Made by a program: the position numbers and the translations under genes
Shown here: positions 55,591 through 64,000 of the stretch, in pieces
Layout: every line of letters begins with the position of its first letter
Position numbering within the stretch: position 1 is the stretch's first letter
Assembly: GCA_002995645.1 (NCBI GenBank)
Contig: PUHO01000007.1
Span: 1,356-65,355, forward strand
Origin: SAR324 cluster bacterium
GTDB taxonomy: Bacteria; SAR324; XYD2-FULL-50-16; HCM1
DNA length: 64,000 bases
Direction of reading: 5' to 3'
The notes under the pieces: model-generated
What the model was told of the DNA's origin: nothing
Databases searched by the model: none
The model's input: only the letters and a program-made list of their open reading frames with translations

Positions 55591-56634
55591 ATGAAACAGA
55601 TTAATTTATATATAGGTAAAGAATTCTTATTTGTTTTCTTACTTTGTTTTGTTAGTATCTTTGCTATTTTTTATATTTCTATATTATTAAATAGCACTAC
55701 TCTATTAGCAGAGCAAAACGGTATCAAGTTGTTTTTGTCAACTATGTTTGATTTTTTACCGTTAACAATAGAATTTATTTTTCCGCTTGTTGCTTTAATT
55801 AGCACTATGTTTTTTCTGTTTTTAATGTCAAATCATTCGGAAATAACGGCAATGCTAAGTATAGGCATGAGTCGTATGCAAATCTTGAAGCCGGTTTTGT
55901 TTGTCCTTTTTTTGTTATCTATTTTATTTTATATAAACCAAAGCTATTTTGCGCCTTTAGTGAGTAGTGAAGAAAACTTTTTAGGTAATACGGAACTAGA
56001 CTATTCTTATTGGTCTTTTCATGACAATCAAATTTATTATTTTAGGCAAGGTAGCGGTTTGATTCTAACGTTAGACGAAAACGGAAGTATAACGCAACAA
56101 ACAACCTTTCCTTTCTTATATGAACAGAATAAGCAATGGATAGCGCCAAAGCAAAGGGTAATGAAGTTTTATAAAACAAAAAACGGAACGCAGAAAGTCA
56201 AAAGGTACGTAAAGAAAGGAGTTGTTTTTAAGCAAAAAGAGTATCCCTTTTTATTTACTGAAACGTTTCGCTCATTAAAGCATAATTCGTTTGAATTTTT
56301 ATGGAGGAAATGGAAAAAAACGCCGGCTTATATAACGAAGACACGCGATCAAATCAGGTTTGCGGCGTATAGTAAAATAACGTCTACATTAAACGTTATA
56401 TTGCTACCTTTGTTAATTGTGCCTTTTAGTTTTTGTGCTAATCGAAGAACAGCGAATCACATTAAATCTAAAATGGTGATTGCCTTTTGTTTGAGTTTGT
56501 TTTTAATATCTATTAATACTATTTTTGTTAATGCCTTTCGCAACGGTTTATTAAGCCCACTTGTTGCCGTGTTAATCCCTAGTTCGATTATTCTAGGTAC
56601 GATTATGCTAGCATGGCTTTTTATTAGAAACTAA
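55591..56634 (+). CDS. LptF/LptG-family LPS export permease (YjgP/YjgQ)
   Basis: 347 aa. The N-terminus is NLYIGKEFLFVFLLCFVSIFAIFYI. The topology is three TM segments, a periplasmic beta-rich domain, then three TM segments. Confidence 0.75.
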   Translation: MKQINLYIGKEFLFVFLLCFVSIFAIFYISILLNSTTLLAEQNGIKLFLSTMFDFLPLTIEFIFPLVALISTMFFLFLMSNHSEITAMLSIGMSRMQILKPVLFVLFLLSILFYINQSYFAPLVSSEENFLGNTELDYSYWSFHDNQIYYFRQGSGLILTLDENGSITQQTTFPFLYEQNKQWIAPKQRVMKFYKTKNGTQKVKRYVKKGVVFKQKEYPFLFTETFRSLKHNSFEFLWRKWKKTPAYITKTRDQIRFAAYSKITSTLNVILLPLLIVPFSFCANRRTANHIKSKMVIAFCLSLFLISINTIFVNAFRNGLLSPLVAVLIPSSIILGTIMLAWLFIRN

Positions 56635-56638
56635 GAGG

Positions 56639-56830
56639 CTATTCGTTGTCTTTGATTAAACGTAAAGTAGGATGGCTTTCTTTGCTTTGTTGGTTTTTAA
56701 GGTAGGCTGCCATATCTTCTTCTGAAATTTCTTCAGGAAAAAAAGAAACGATAATTTCTTGGTTTTCTTTAAGTTGGCTTGTGTCGTCAAGATGTATTTT
56801 CCCATCTGCATAATGACCGGTTAGTTTCAT
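56639..56830 (-). CDS. small acidic protein, DUF104/AF2212-like antitoxin fold (tentative)
   Basis: 63 aa. MKLTGHYADGKIHLDDTSQLKENQEIIVSF resembles short antitoxin-type proteins. There is no adjacent toxin ORF. Confidence 0.35.
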   Translation of the reverse strand: MKLTGHYADGKIHLDDTSQLKENQEIIVSFFPEEISEEDMAAYLKNQQSKESHPTLRLIKDNE

Positions 56831-57055
56831 GTGATCCTTATTAAGTTGTGTTTATTGATTAAGCATGATAAAAACAATATTATTTTATAAGCTATCTTTT
56901 TTAAAGTCAAAGTTTTATTTGCAATATTCAAAGCATAAACATAAATTACAGTGTTTATTTATTTATTTTGTATTATTTTATTGACAATAGCTAGATTATT
57001 ATTTTATTATTTGAGATATATTTATATTTATATCTCTATTTAGTTAGTTAAGTTT

Positions 57056-58891
57056 ATGGCAAAGCATTATTTTTCAACAGGTCCGCAACATATTCACCCT
57101 GAAGAACATGGCGCTATTGGATCGCGTAATTCTGATTTACGTAAAGATAGAAACGAATATATTGAATCACAGTTGTTAGTTGATGAAGCAGTTAACAAAA
57201 TGATGCACTACCTAGACGTAAAACTCCCTCCTGAAGTTTTAGAAAAACTTTGTGTTTCCGGAAATTTGAAAGAAGTACTTTATAATTATTTTAATCAAGG
57301 CTTCCAAAATATGTATAATCGTTACATTGTAACGGCGGAAGACGAAATGATTAAAAAAGTGTCTAGCTTAATAACGGCAGAAGAAAAAATTGGTGCCGAA
57401 CATGCGGACTCCCGTAAAATAACAGACATTATAGACTCTATTTCTGGTAAAGAAACAACAACGCAAAGTTTAGATAAAACAACCGGCAATATACACGTAC
57501 AAGTGCAAAAACATCTTGATAAAGGCGTTAAAAAGCTAGAAAGAGAGATGATCCAAACTTTATACGGACAAGTTGGGATTAGCGCTTTTGCAAAAGATGA
57601 TAAAGCTTATACTGTTGTTAAATGTAAGGTTGGCGACGATCCGGTTAAAACAGATTGGGTTAATAACGTAGATCTTGTTATTAATATTAAAGAATCGGAT
57701 TTATTAACGCCTTTGTATCATTATCAAGTAACGACAGGACTGATTTTCAAAGACTTACTTAGCACGCGCGTTATGGTTAAGTTAGACGAGATTATTGACG
57801 CGCAAAATTTTGCACTAAAAAAAGATAAGAAACAAGTTTTAACAGAAACAGAAGAAATTGCTGAAAAATTAAAGCATTTAGATCAGTATGTTAGCTTTGA
57901 CGAATATGACGAACAAGCTCCGCAATACGAAATGTTTTCTAAGAACTTACTAGAGACTTTAGAAACGATTACTGCCGAAATTCCAGTTGGCGAAAAAGAT
58001 GCGCTTAGTGTTCGAGAAAATATCCAAAAGGTAATGGAACATGAACATATGCGTTCTAAAGGTTTTGATCAAGCAGTGAATGCGTTGACTTATTACCTTG
58101 ACACAACCGGTTTTGGATATCAAAATATTGTCAATTTTAAAAATGCAAGACGTACTGTTATACAAGAATACAAAGAAACCGATCCTAGACTTTTACCTGA
58201 TGAACATTATACTATTGAATTGACTTACTATGATGCAAAACAAATAGAAAAACAAAGAAAAGCTTATAGTAAACAATACAACGTATTCACTAAAGAAGTG
58301 GATAAAGTATATAATATTATTAATTCTATTATTGAATCTAGAACGGAAAAACGCAACGTTCCTTTACAATACGAAGAATTAGCACAGCGCGTTTTATCTA
58401 CAACAAAGCAAGAGACTGAAGTTTCTTGGTTTGAACGTGTTTTACAAAAACCAACAGAAAAGACCGTTTCATTAGATATGCAAGAAACGCCAAATATAAA
58501 AAAAGATATTTGGAAAGATATTATTCCCGTTGATGAAAGTGACGTAAATCAAACGTTCCAAGCTAAACGTAGTTTTATTGATAAGAAAATAGAGTTTATT
58601 TATCAACAGGTGAGTAATTTTTATCAACTTCAAAATCCAAAGGAACGAAAAATTATTGATGAGCGATTAACTTTTTTACAAGAGAAAATACAAAGCTTTA
58701 ATCGTTTATATAATCCGTTTCAAATTCAACCCGGTCTTGTTGTTGTTGTTCACTTATCAACAATAAAGCAAAAAGGTGTTAGTATGGATGGATTAAGTTA
58801 CGTTATGCGTAAATTTATTGAAGCAATTACAACCGGCTTTCAAGACATGGCTGTTGTAGAACATAAAAATAAAAAGGAACAACGAGCTTAA
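57056..58891 (+). CDS. hypothetical cytoplasmic protein, large, helical and charged
   Basis: 611-aa intact ORF with no TM or signal sequence. It is preceded by an AT-rich leader with a TTGACA at ~56984 and the palindrome GAGATATA-N8-TATATCTC. Confidence 0.55.
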   Translation: MAKHYFSTGPQHIHPEEHGAIGSRNSDLRKDRNEYIESQLLVDEAVNKMMHYLDVKLPPEVLEKLCVSGNLKEVLYNYFNQGFQNMYNRYIVTAEDEMIKKVSSLITAEEKIGAEHADSRKITDIIDSISGKETTTQSLDKTTGNIHVQVQKHLDKGVKKLEREMIQTLYGQVGISAFAKDDKAYTVVKCKVGDDPVKTDWVNNVDLVINIKESDLLTPLYHYQVTTGLIFKDLLSTRVMVKLDEIIDAQNFALKKDKKQVLTETEEIAEKLKHLDQYVSFDEYDEQAPQYEMFSKNLLETLETITAEIPVGEKDALSVRENIQKVMEHEHMRSKGFDQAVNALTYYLDTTGFGYQNIVNFKNARRTVIQEYKETDPRLLPDEHYTIELTYYDAKQIEKQRKAYSKQYNVFTKEVDKVYNIINSIIESRTEKRNVPLQYEELAQRVLSTTKQETEVSWFERVLQKPTEKTVSLDMQETPNIKKDIWKDIIPVDESDVNQTFQAKRSFIDKKIEFIYQQVSNFYQLQNPKERKIIDERLTFLQEKIQSFNRLYNPFQIQPGLVVVVHLSTIKQKGVSMDGLSYVMRKFIEAITTGFQDMAVVEHKNKKEQRA

Positions 58892-58924
58892 GGCGCGTAT
58901 TATAATTGATTTCAAAGGAAATAT

Positions 58925-59563
58925 ATGAAAAAATTAGTATTATTATGTATGATTGTATTTAGTTTTGCTGCTACACAAAACGCAATGGCTCTTGTTCGGG
59001 CTGCGGTTAGTGTTCCCCTTGCGGTTACAGTAGATTCAAAAACGTTAAAGAAAGACGGTTTTCCTCTTGGTGCTAGTTTGCAACTACAAATTCCTTTTTC
59101 GATGATTGGTGTCGGTTTTGACTGGTTTGCTCCTAAAGTGATTAGTAAAGACATAGAAGCAATGCAACAGAAATCAACAGTAGGTAGTGACGGTCTTGTT
59201 GCAAGTGGGACCTTGTCTATTAAATCATTAAATCTGTTTTTTGCTCCCCCTGTTCCGTTTGTAGACGTTTTAGTTGGTGGTGGTGTTAGTTTTGTTTCTA
59301 TTTCCAAAATTGGTATAGATCTAAGCGGACTTAAAAACGCAGAATTAGATCCGACAGTAGTTGGCTTTACTGATACTAATTATAAACCTGCTATTGGTTG
59401 GAATGCGGGTGTTAATATTGGGATTCCTATTGTGGCGTTGGTTCATGGTGTTCTTGGATATCGCTATGTGTCTGCTAAGGTAAAACCTTTGCATAGTGTA
59501 TTATTACCTGAGGTAAATGTAAAAAGTAGTGTGATCACTGCCGGGCTATCTGTTGGCTTCTAA
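58925..59563 (+). CDS. small outer-membrane beta-barrel protein
   Basis: 212 aa. It has a signal peptide (MKKLVLLCMIVFSFAATQNAMA), alternating hydrophobic beta-strand pattern and a C-terminal ..GLSVGF ending in Phe. Confidence 0.7.
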   Translation: MKKLVLLCMIVFSFAATQNAMALVRAAVSVPLAVTVDSKTLKKDGFPLGASLQLQIPFSMIGVGFDWFAPKVISKDIEAMQQKSTVGSDGLVASGTLSIKSLNLFFAPPVPFVDVLVGGGVSFVSISKIGIDLSGLKNAELDPTVVGFTDTNYKPAIGWNAGVNIGIPIVALVHGVLGYRYVSAKVKPLHSVLLPEVNVKSSVITAGLSVGF

Positions 59564-59599
59564 GTAGTAGACAGTAATCTAATTAATCTATTTGCTTTA

Positions 59600-61125
59600 T
59601 TATAATAAGGTAATATAAACTATACTTCGCTTTGAAGATAAGTTATTAATAAGCGTATATCTTGTATATGATATACGTTTATTACTTTCCCCAGCATTTC
59701 CCTAACTCTTTTCATTACTATTATACTGTTTTCTTATAGAAAGAACAGGCGCTGTACAATAGTAAGCTGATTCAAAAGTTAACCTATTTTCTTTACCTAA
59801 TTGATTTGTACAAGGAGAGCGTCTAGGTGGCTTGTAATAGCTAGAGGGTAACTAGTTAAGGGGTGAATATAAATCACGCTTTATTGTGAAGATAAGCTAC
59901 TAATAAAAGCATATCTTATTATGGTATACGTTTATTACTTTTCCCTGCATTTTCCTAGCAAGGTGATTCAAAAGTTAACCTATTCCCTTACCTAATTGAT
60001 TCATAAAGGAGAGCGTCCAGGTGGCTTGTAAGAGCTAGAGGGTAACCTAGTAAGTTGATTCAAAAATTAACCTATTCCCTTACCTAATTGATTTGTACAA
60101 GGAGAGCGTCTAGGCGGCTTGTAAGATCTAGAGGCAACCTAGTTAAGGGGTGAATATAAATCACGCTTTATTTTGAAGATAAGCTACTAATAAAAGCATA
60201 TCTTGTATATGATATACGTTTATTACTTCCCCTGCCTTTCCCTAACTCTTTTCATTACTATTATACTGTTTCATGATAGAAATAACAGGTGCTGTACAAT
60301 AGTAAGCTGATTCAAAAGTTAACTATTCCAAGTCAACCTATTCCCTTGCCTAATTGATTCGTAAAGGAGAGCGTCCAGACGGCTTATAATAGCTAGAGGG
60401 TAACCTAGTAAGGTGATTCAAAAATTAACTATTCCAAGTTTAACCTATTCCCTTGCCTAATTGATTTGTACAAGGAGAGCGTCTAGGTGGCTTGTAAGAG
60501 CTAGAGGGTAACTAGTTAAGGGGTGAATATAAATCACGCTTTATTTTGAAGATAAGCTACTAATAAAGGCATATCTTGTATATGGTATACGTTTATTACT
60601 TTCCTCTGCATTTCCCTAGTAAGTTGATTCAAAAATTAACCTATTCCCTTGCCTAATTGATTCGTACAAGGAGAGCGTCTAGGTGGCTTGTAAGATCTAG
60701 AGGGTAACCTAGTAAGCTGTTCAAAAATTAATTATTCCAAGTTTAACCTATTCCCTTACTAATTGATTCATAAAGGAGAGCGTCAGGCGGCTTATAAGAT
60801 CTAGGAGGTAACTAGTTAAGGGGTGAGTATAAATCACGCTTTATTTTGAAGATAAGCTACTAATAAAAGCATATCTTGTTATGATATACGTTTATTACTT
60901 CCCCAGCATTTCCCTAGTAAGTTGATTCAAAAGTTAACTATTCCAAGTCAACCTATTCCCTTGCCTAATTGATTTGTACAAGGAGAGCGTCCAGACGGCT
61001 TGTAAGATCTAGAGGGTAACCTATTAAGGGGGGAATATAAATCACGCTTTATTGTGAAGATAAGCTACTAATAAAAGCATATCTTGTATATGATATACGT
61101 TTATTACTTCCCCTGCATTTCCCTA
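59600..61125. repeat. composite tandem array F: ~5-6 Y units (~100 bp) interleaved with ~8 X units (~90 bp); includes remnants of the gspK 3' end
   Basis: Y units (AAGGGGTGAATATAAATCACGCTTTATT..GAAGATAAGCTACTAATAAAAGCATATCTTGTATATGATATACGTTTATTACTTCCCCTGCATTTCCCTA) start at ~59611 (degenerate), 59858, 60145, 60518, 60818 and 61025. The X-unit core GGAGAGCGTC occurs 8 times (~59816, 60008, 60100, 60365, 60470, 60668, 60773, 60980). The last Y unit contains the gspK stop codon. CCCTAACTCTTTTCAT, the gspK 3' end, recurs at 59700 and 60240. Confidence 0.9.
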
Positions 61126-62385
61126 ACTCTTTTCATCGTTATCCTGTTTGTCTGCAAACTTAAAGCCGTCACCAAATAGATTTTTCTTTTTAACTGCAGG
61201 AATAATAGGGTATATGCGCGTATGTAAAACAGTAAGACTGGACGAAGAAGGCGGACTTGTAAAAATAATATCAACTTGCTGTTCAAAGTTTCTGTATTTC
61301 GCTTGGAAACTGAGTTTAAATATAGTTGATGAATCCGTTCCTAGTTGGATTCGACTTTTTTCTAAGTCTTGTTTTTGAATTTCTGCAAGAAGCTCTTGGA
61401 ATCGTTCGTCACTACTATATTCAGGAGAATTTACTTCTTGTACGCCTATGTGCGGTGGTTTTATTGCAAAGCCAACGGAAAAAGTTTGCTCAGTTTGTTC
61501 ATTATTAAACAAAACGCTAACGTCACCGTCAAGACTTTGACTAAAATGAGGGTAGTTTGCCATTACTTCTTGTATGGAGCTAGTTTCAGTAGAATAACTT
61601 TGTAAGAAACGTTTCGTACTATCCGGATTAAGACTAGCAAAATTAGGATATATTTTGAAATCATTTATAGTTCCGTTTAGTCTAAAATTTTGATATACCT
61701 CTGATCTAGATAAAGGAATGCCACAAAGTGCTAATACAAAACGAAATTCATCAAGTGAATCAAAGGCAGCGCCTTTTTTTTGTATAGACGGTAGTTGCGT
61801 TAAATATTGTTTACAATCAAAAATAATATTCTCATCTGCTAATTGCCATGTTCCTACTTGGTTATATATATCTTCCGGTTTCGTGTCTATATCTTTATCT
61901 TGTATTAAAAAATTAAGTCTATCAATAAAAGCATCTCGTAAAGGTGAGGTCCCCTCATCAACTGGCTTAATTCCATTGATTGGTATATGATCGTTAATGG
62001 TTGTGATAGATATATTTGTAATTTTATCCGGCTTAATAGCATTCTCAGGTAGTGCTTGATTTAGCATTAAAGTAAGAAGCTCCGGTTGTTTGCTTAGAAT
62101 ATAATTTAAGTAATACATAGAGTATTTGGGCTTAGTATATTCTTCATTTGTTTCTAGTTGCGCGCCTTCTATAAGTGCTTTAAACAAAGGCGCCCTATTT
62201 TTTATTAAAGTCAATAAAATACGACTAACGCCGTCAATAGCTATATGAAAATAGAATCGATCATACTTACTTATCATTAATCGCATATTACGATTACGCT
62301 TTGTTATGCTTCCCGTTACGGTAGCAGTTAAAAGAATAATCATCATCATTGTGATTAATAAGGCAATCCCTTTATTTTTCTTCAT
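61123..62385 (-). CDS. gspK: type II secretion minor pseudopilin GspK-like
   Basis: 420 aa. The N-terminus MKKNKGIALLITMMMIILLT is GspK-type, a hydrophobic pilin-like helix without Glu5. Position after the gspJ-like gene and a 14-nt overlap support the call. It is longer than typical GspK (~330 aa). Confidence 0.65.
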   Translation of the reverse strand: MKKNKGIALLITMMMIILLTATVTGSITKRNRNMRLMISKYDRFYFHIAIDGVSRILLTLIKNRAPLFKALIEGAQLETNEEYTKPKYSMYYLNYILSKQPELLTLMLNQALPENAIKPDKITNISITTINDHIPINGIKPVDEGTSPLRDAFIDRLNFLIQDKDIDTKPEDIYNQVGTWQLADENIIFDCKQYLTQLPSIQKKGAAFDSLDEFRFVLALCGIPLSRSEVYQNFRLNGTINDFKIYPNFASLNPDSTKRFLQSYSTETSSIQEVMANYPHFSQSLDGDVSVLFNNEQTEQTFSVGFAIKPPHIGVQEVNSPEYSSDERFQELLAEIQKQDLEKSRIQLGTDSSTIFKLSFQAKYRNFEQQVDIIFTSPPSSSSLTVLHTRIYPIIPAVKKKNLFGDGFKFADKQDNDEKS

Positions 62386-63241
62386 TAGTTGTCGTCGTTG
62401 TTGTATTGGTTGAACTTGTCGTATTGGTTGTTGTATTAGTTGTTGCCGTATTAGTTGGACTCGCCGTATTAGCTGTATTTTTGTTTATAGCACTCTGTGT
62501 AGTGCAAGATTGGTTTATAGTAACAGTAAATTTTTCTGTAAGAATCTGAAATTGATCCTTTTTATGAGTATAAGGTATTTTTTCGTATAATGTAATAATA
62601 AGAAAAGCAGGAAAATCTGCTTTTGTTGTGTCCCACGTATCTTCCGGTATAGGATTGCCATTACTATCGCTTGCTGCGTCGGGATCTCTTGAAACGGCTT
62701 GTACTCGAAGTCCAACAATATGATTTGAAATGGGCGTCTCTTCTGTATAATCATTTTTGCTAAGTAAGTCGTCAACAATAGCTTGTTGCTTTATTGGTAA
62801 ATAAAACGATTCTTTACGAAATAGCTTGACTTGATTATCTACTATATCTTGCTTAAGGTAATAAATAATTTGCGATATAAGAGGATTCATTGTTGAATGG
62901 CGATATATCCGCGTATTTCCTTTTGTGAAAATAGCTAACACGTCTTGGTGGACTGATTCTTTTTCTTGCGAGAAAATATGAATGTTAGCCGGTGTTTGTT
63001 CGTTTTCTACGGGAATAAAAGAATGTTGCCATTGTGGTAAACAGGTAATATGTGTTAGGTCGTCTCGAATAAGATGTTGCACAACTTGAATATCTTGTGA
63101 AACTTGAATGCGTTTATCTAGTGCCTTTTGTGTGGTTTGTACTTGGATATACGAACTTAATAACAAAGACATAATAAAAGCAAACAAGGTCATTGTTAAA
63201 AGAATTTCTAGAAGAGTAAATCCAGCTTGTGTTTGTTTCAT
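62372..63241 (-). CDS. gspJ: type II secretion minor pseudopilin GspJ-like
   Basis: 289 aa with a prepilin-type N-terminus QAGFTLLEILLTMTLFAFIM. The C-terminal Thr/Asn-rich tail is NTASPTNTATTNTTTNTTSSTNTTTTTTNEEK. Confidence 0.65.
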   Translation of the reverse strand: MKQTQAGFTLLEILLTMTLFAFIMSLLLSSYIQVQTTQKALDKRIQVSQDIQVVQHLIRDDLTHITCLPQWQHSFIPVENEQTPANIHIFSQEKESVHQDVLAIFTKGNTRIYRHSTMNPLISQIIYYLKQDIVDNQVKLFRKESFYLPIKQQAIVDDLLSKNDYTEETPISNHIVGLRVQAVSRDPDAASDSNGNPIPEDTWDTTKADFPAFLIITLYEKIPYTHKKDQFQILTEKFTVTINQSCTTQSAINKNTANTASPTNTATTNTTTNTTSSTNTTTTTTNEEK

Positions 63242-63248
63242 TGGAAAC

Positions 63249-63767
63249 TTATTTTACTAAAGATTGTTTTACACATGTGTCTTTGATTTCAGGGCAAACA
63301 GTAAGGAAGTTTGTTACTTCACAAGCAGTCCCTATAAAGTCTTCTTCCGTTTTGCCCGGATAGTAAAGAAGTTTGGAAAGCGTTTTTTTTGTTTTAGAGT
63401 CAATTAAAGTAAGCGTATAATTATACATTGTCATAACTTCCATTTCGCCAAGCATAATTGGCGTAAACGAACTTGCAAGGGACCATGAAAAATTATTAAC
63501 TGCCGTTTTATCAGTAGAAAGCACGCCAGATAAATTACAATTAGTTAACTGATCATGATTTCTTTCAATACAGGCTAAACGTTCCGTAAAAGAACACTCA
63601 AGAAAATCATTGCGATTTAATTTACTTGTAAAAGAAAGGCTAGTTATTTGTACTTGAAAAAATAAAGTTAAAACAACGCTAAGAATCAAAAATGCAACAA
63701 GAACTTCAAGAAGAGTAAAGCCTTGCTTTACGCTATCATTTGTAATAGAAGAAGAAATGCGTTTCAT
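63249..63767 (-). CDS. gspI: type II secretion minor pseudopilin GspI-like
   Basis: The start is trimmed to the ATG at 63767 (MKRISSSITNDSVKQGFTLLEVLVAFLILSVVL, a prepilin methylation motif). The ORF-track start at 63812 is TTG and would overlap the upstream gene. Confidence 0.6.
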   Translation of the reverse strand: MKRISSSITNDSVKQGFTLLEVLVAFLILSVVLTLFFQVQITSLSFTSKLNRNDFLECSFTERLACIERNHDQLTNCNLSGVLSTDKTAVNNFSWSLASSFTPIMLGEMEVMTMYNYTLTLIDSKTKKTLSKLLYYPGKTEEDFIGTACEVTNFLTVCPEIKDTCVKQSLVK

Positions 63768-63769
63768 TT

Positions 63770-64000
63770 TTATTGTGTTTTTAGTTTTGAGACAAGAACG
63801 TGACCAAGCCAATTGTCAACGTGAATAGTAATAGTTTTTTTTTGTTGTGATAATGTAAGATTAAACAAATCAATAATGCCAATATCATCAATTTGAATAT
63901 CATAGGTTACTTCTGTAAAAGCAGTGCCTTTATCAAATAAATGGGTCCCTGTTGTTTGTGATACGTTTGTATAACTGATTTGCTTAAAGAAAACTCCTTT
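63770..64000 (-). CDS. C-terminal part of an upstream gene, probably another pseudopilin (GspH position); runs off the right edge
   Basis: Own translation of the open minus-strand frame to the window edge: KGVFFKQISYTNVSQTTGTHLFDKGTAFTEVTYDIQIDDIGIIDLFNLTLSQQKKTITIHVDNWLGHVLVSKLKTQ-stop (TAA at 63772-63770). The call is by synteny only. Confidence 0.4.
   Translation of the reverse strand, partial: KGVFFKQISYTNVSQTTGTHLFDKGTAFTEVTYDIQIDDIGIIDLFNLTLSQQKKTITIHVDNWLGHVLVSKLKTQ

Noticed and set aside
59600-61125. Type I toxin-antitoxin or small-peptide genes repeated in array F.
   Set aside because: The only ATG-initiated frames in the X/Y units are 4-14 codons long, lack SDs and are not conserved hydrophobic peptides.

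Overview
This is an AT-rich chromosomal segment, roughly mid-30s %GC by eye. The host is an unidentified diderm bacterium, judged from an LptF/G permease, a beta-barrel OMP and T2SS pseudopilins.

Layout, left to right:
1. A partial DeoR-type regulator, divergent from an L-fucose operon: CUT2 sugar ABC transporter plus fucI-fucK-fucA-fucU.
2. A 2.3-kb non-coding block holding two tandem-repeat arrays and two tRNA(CAT) genes.
3. An 8.3-kb same-strand molybdenum/periplasmic nitrate reductase module: moaE-modA-modB-moeA-mobA-orf-napD-napA-napB-napC-napF.
4. A 1.1-kb block that is strongly pyrimidine-rich on the + strand and carries about 12 copies of one 15-nt motif.
5. A ~20-kb Mu-like head plus contractile-tail cluster (21228-41053). 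It contains TerL, a DUF935 portal, protease I, capsid T, sheath, tube, chaperone, gp43-gp48 baseplate genes, a tail fibre and a fibre assembly gene. I could find no transposase, integrase, replication genes, Mu F/G or endolysin.
6. aroA, thrC, a polytopic membrane protein, a degenerate HD-GYP protein, two orphan proteins, pgi, cvpA-like, moeB/thiF plus tusA-like, lptF/G, a 611-aa orphan and an OMP.
7. A 1.5-kb composite repeat array, followed by gspK-gspJ-gspI-(gspH) on the minus strand.

Most notable observations:
- The ORF in the small-terminase position (21228-23033) is six near-identical tandem copies of an ~86-aa HTH-like module plus a unique tail.
- That ORF sits just downstream of the motif-dense pyrimidine block.
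- The phage cluster looks like a domesticated, GTA-like, repressor-controlled particle locus rather than a transposable prophage.
- The window is unusually rich in recent tandem duplications at gene junctions: 3x165 bp at terL/portal, 2x334 bp at thrC, and arrays containing gene 3' ends.
- Two of the intergenic arrays share a GTAC-N4-AGAGCGTC core.

All functional calls come from my reading of the translated ORFs and the DNA. No database search was run.
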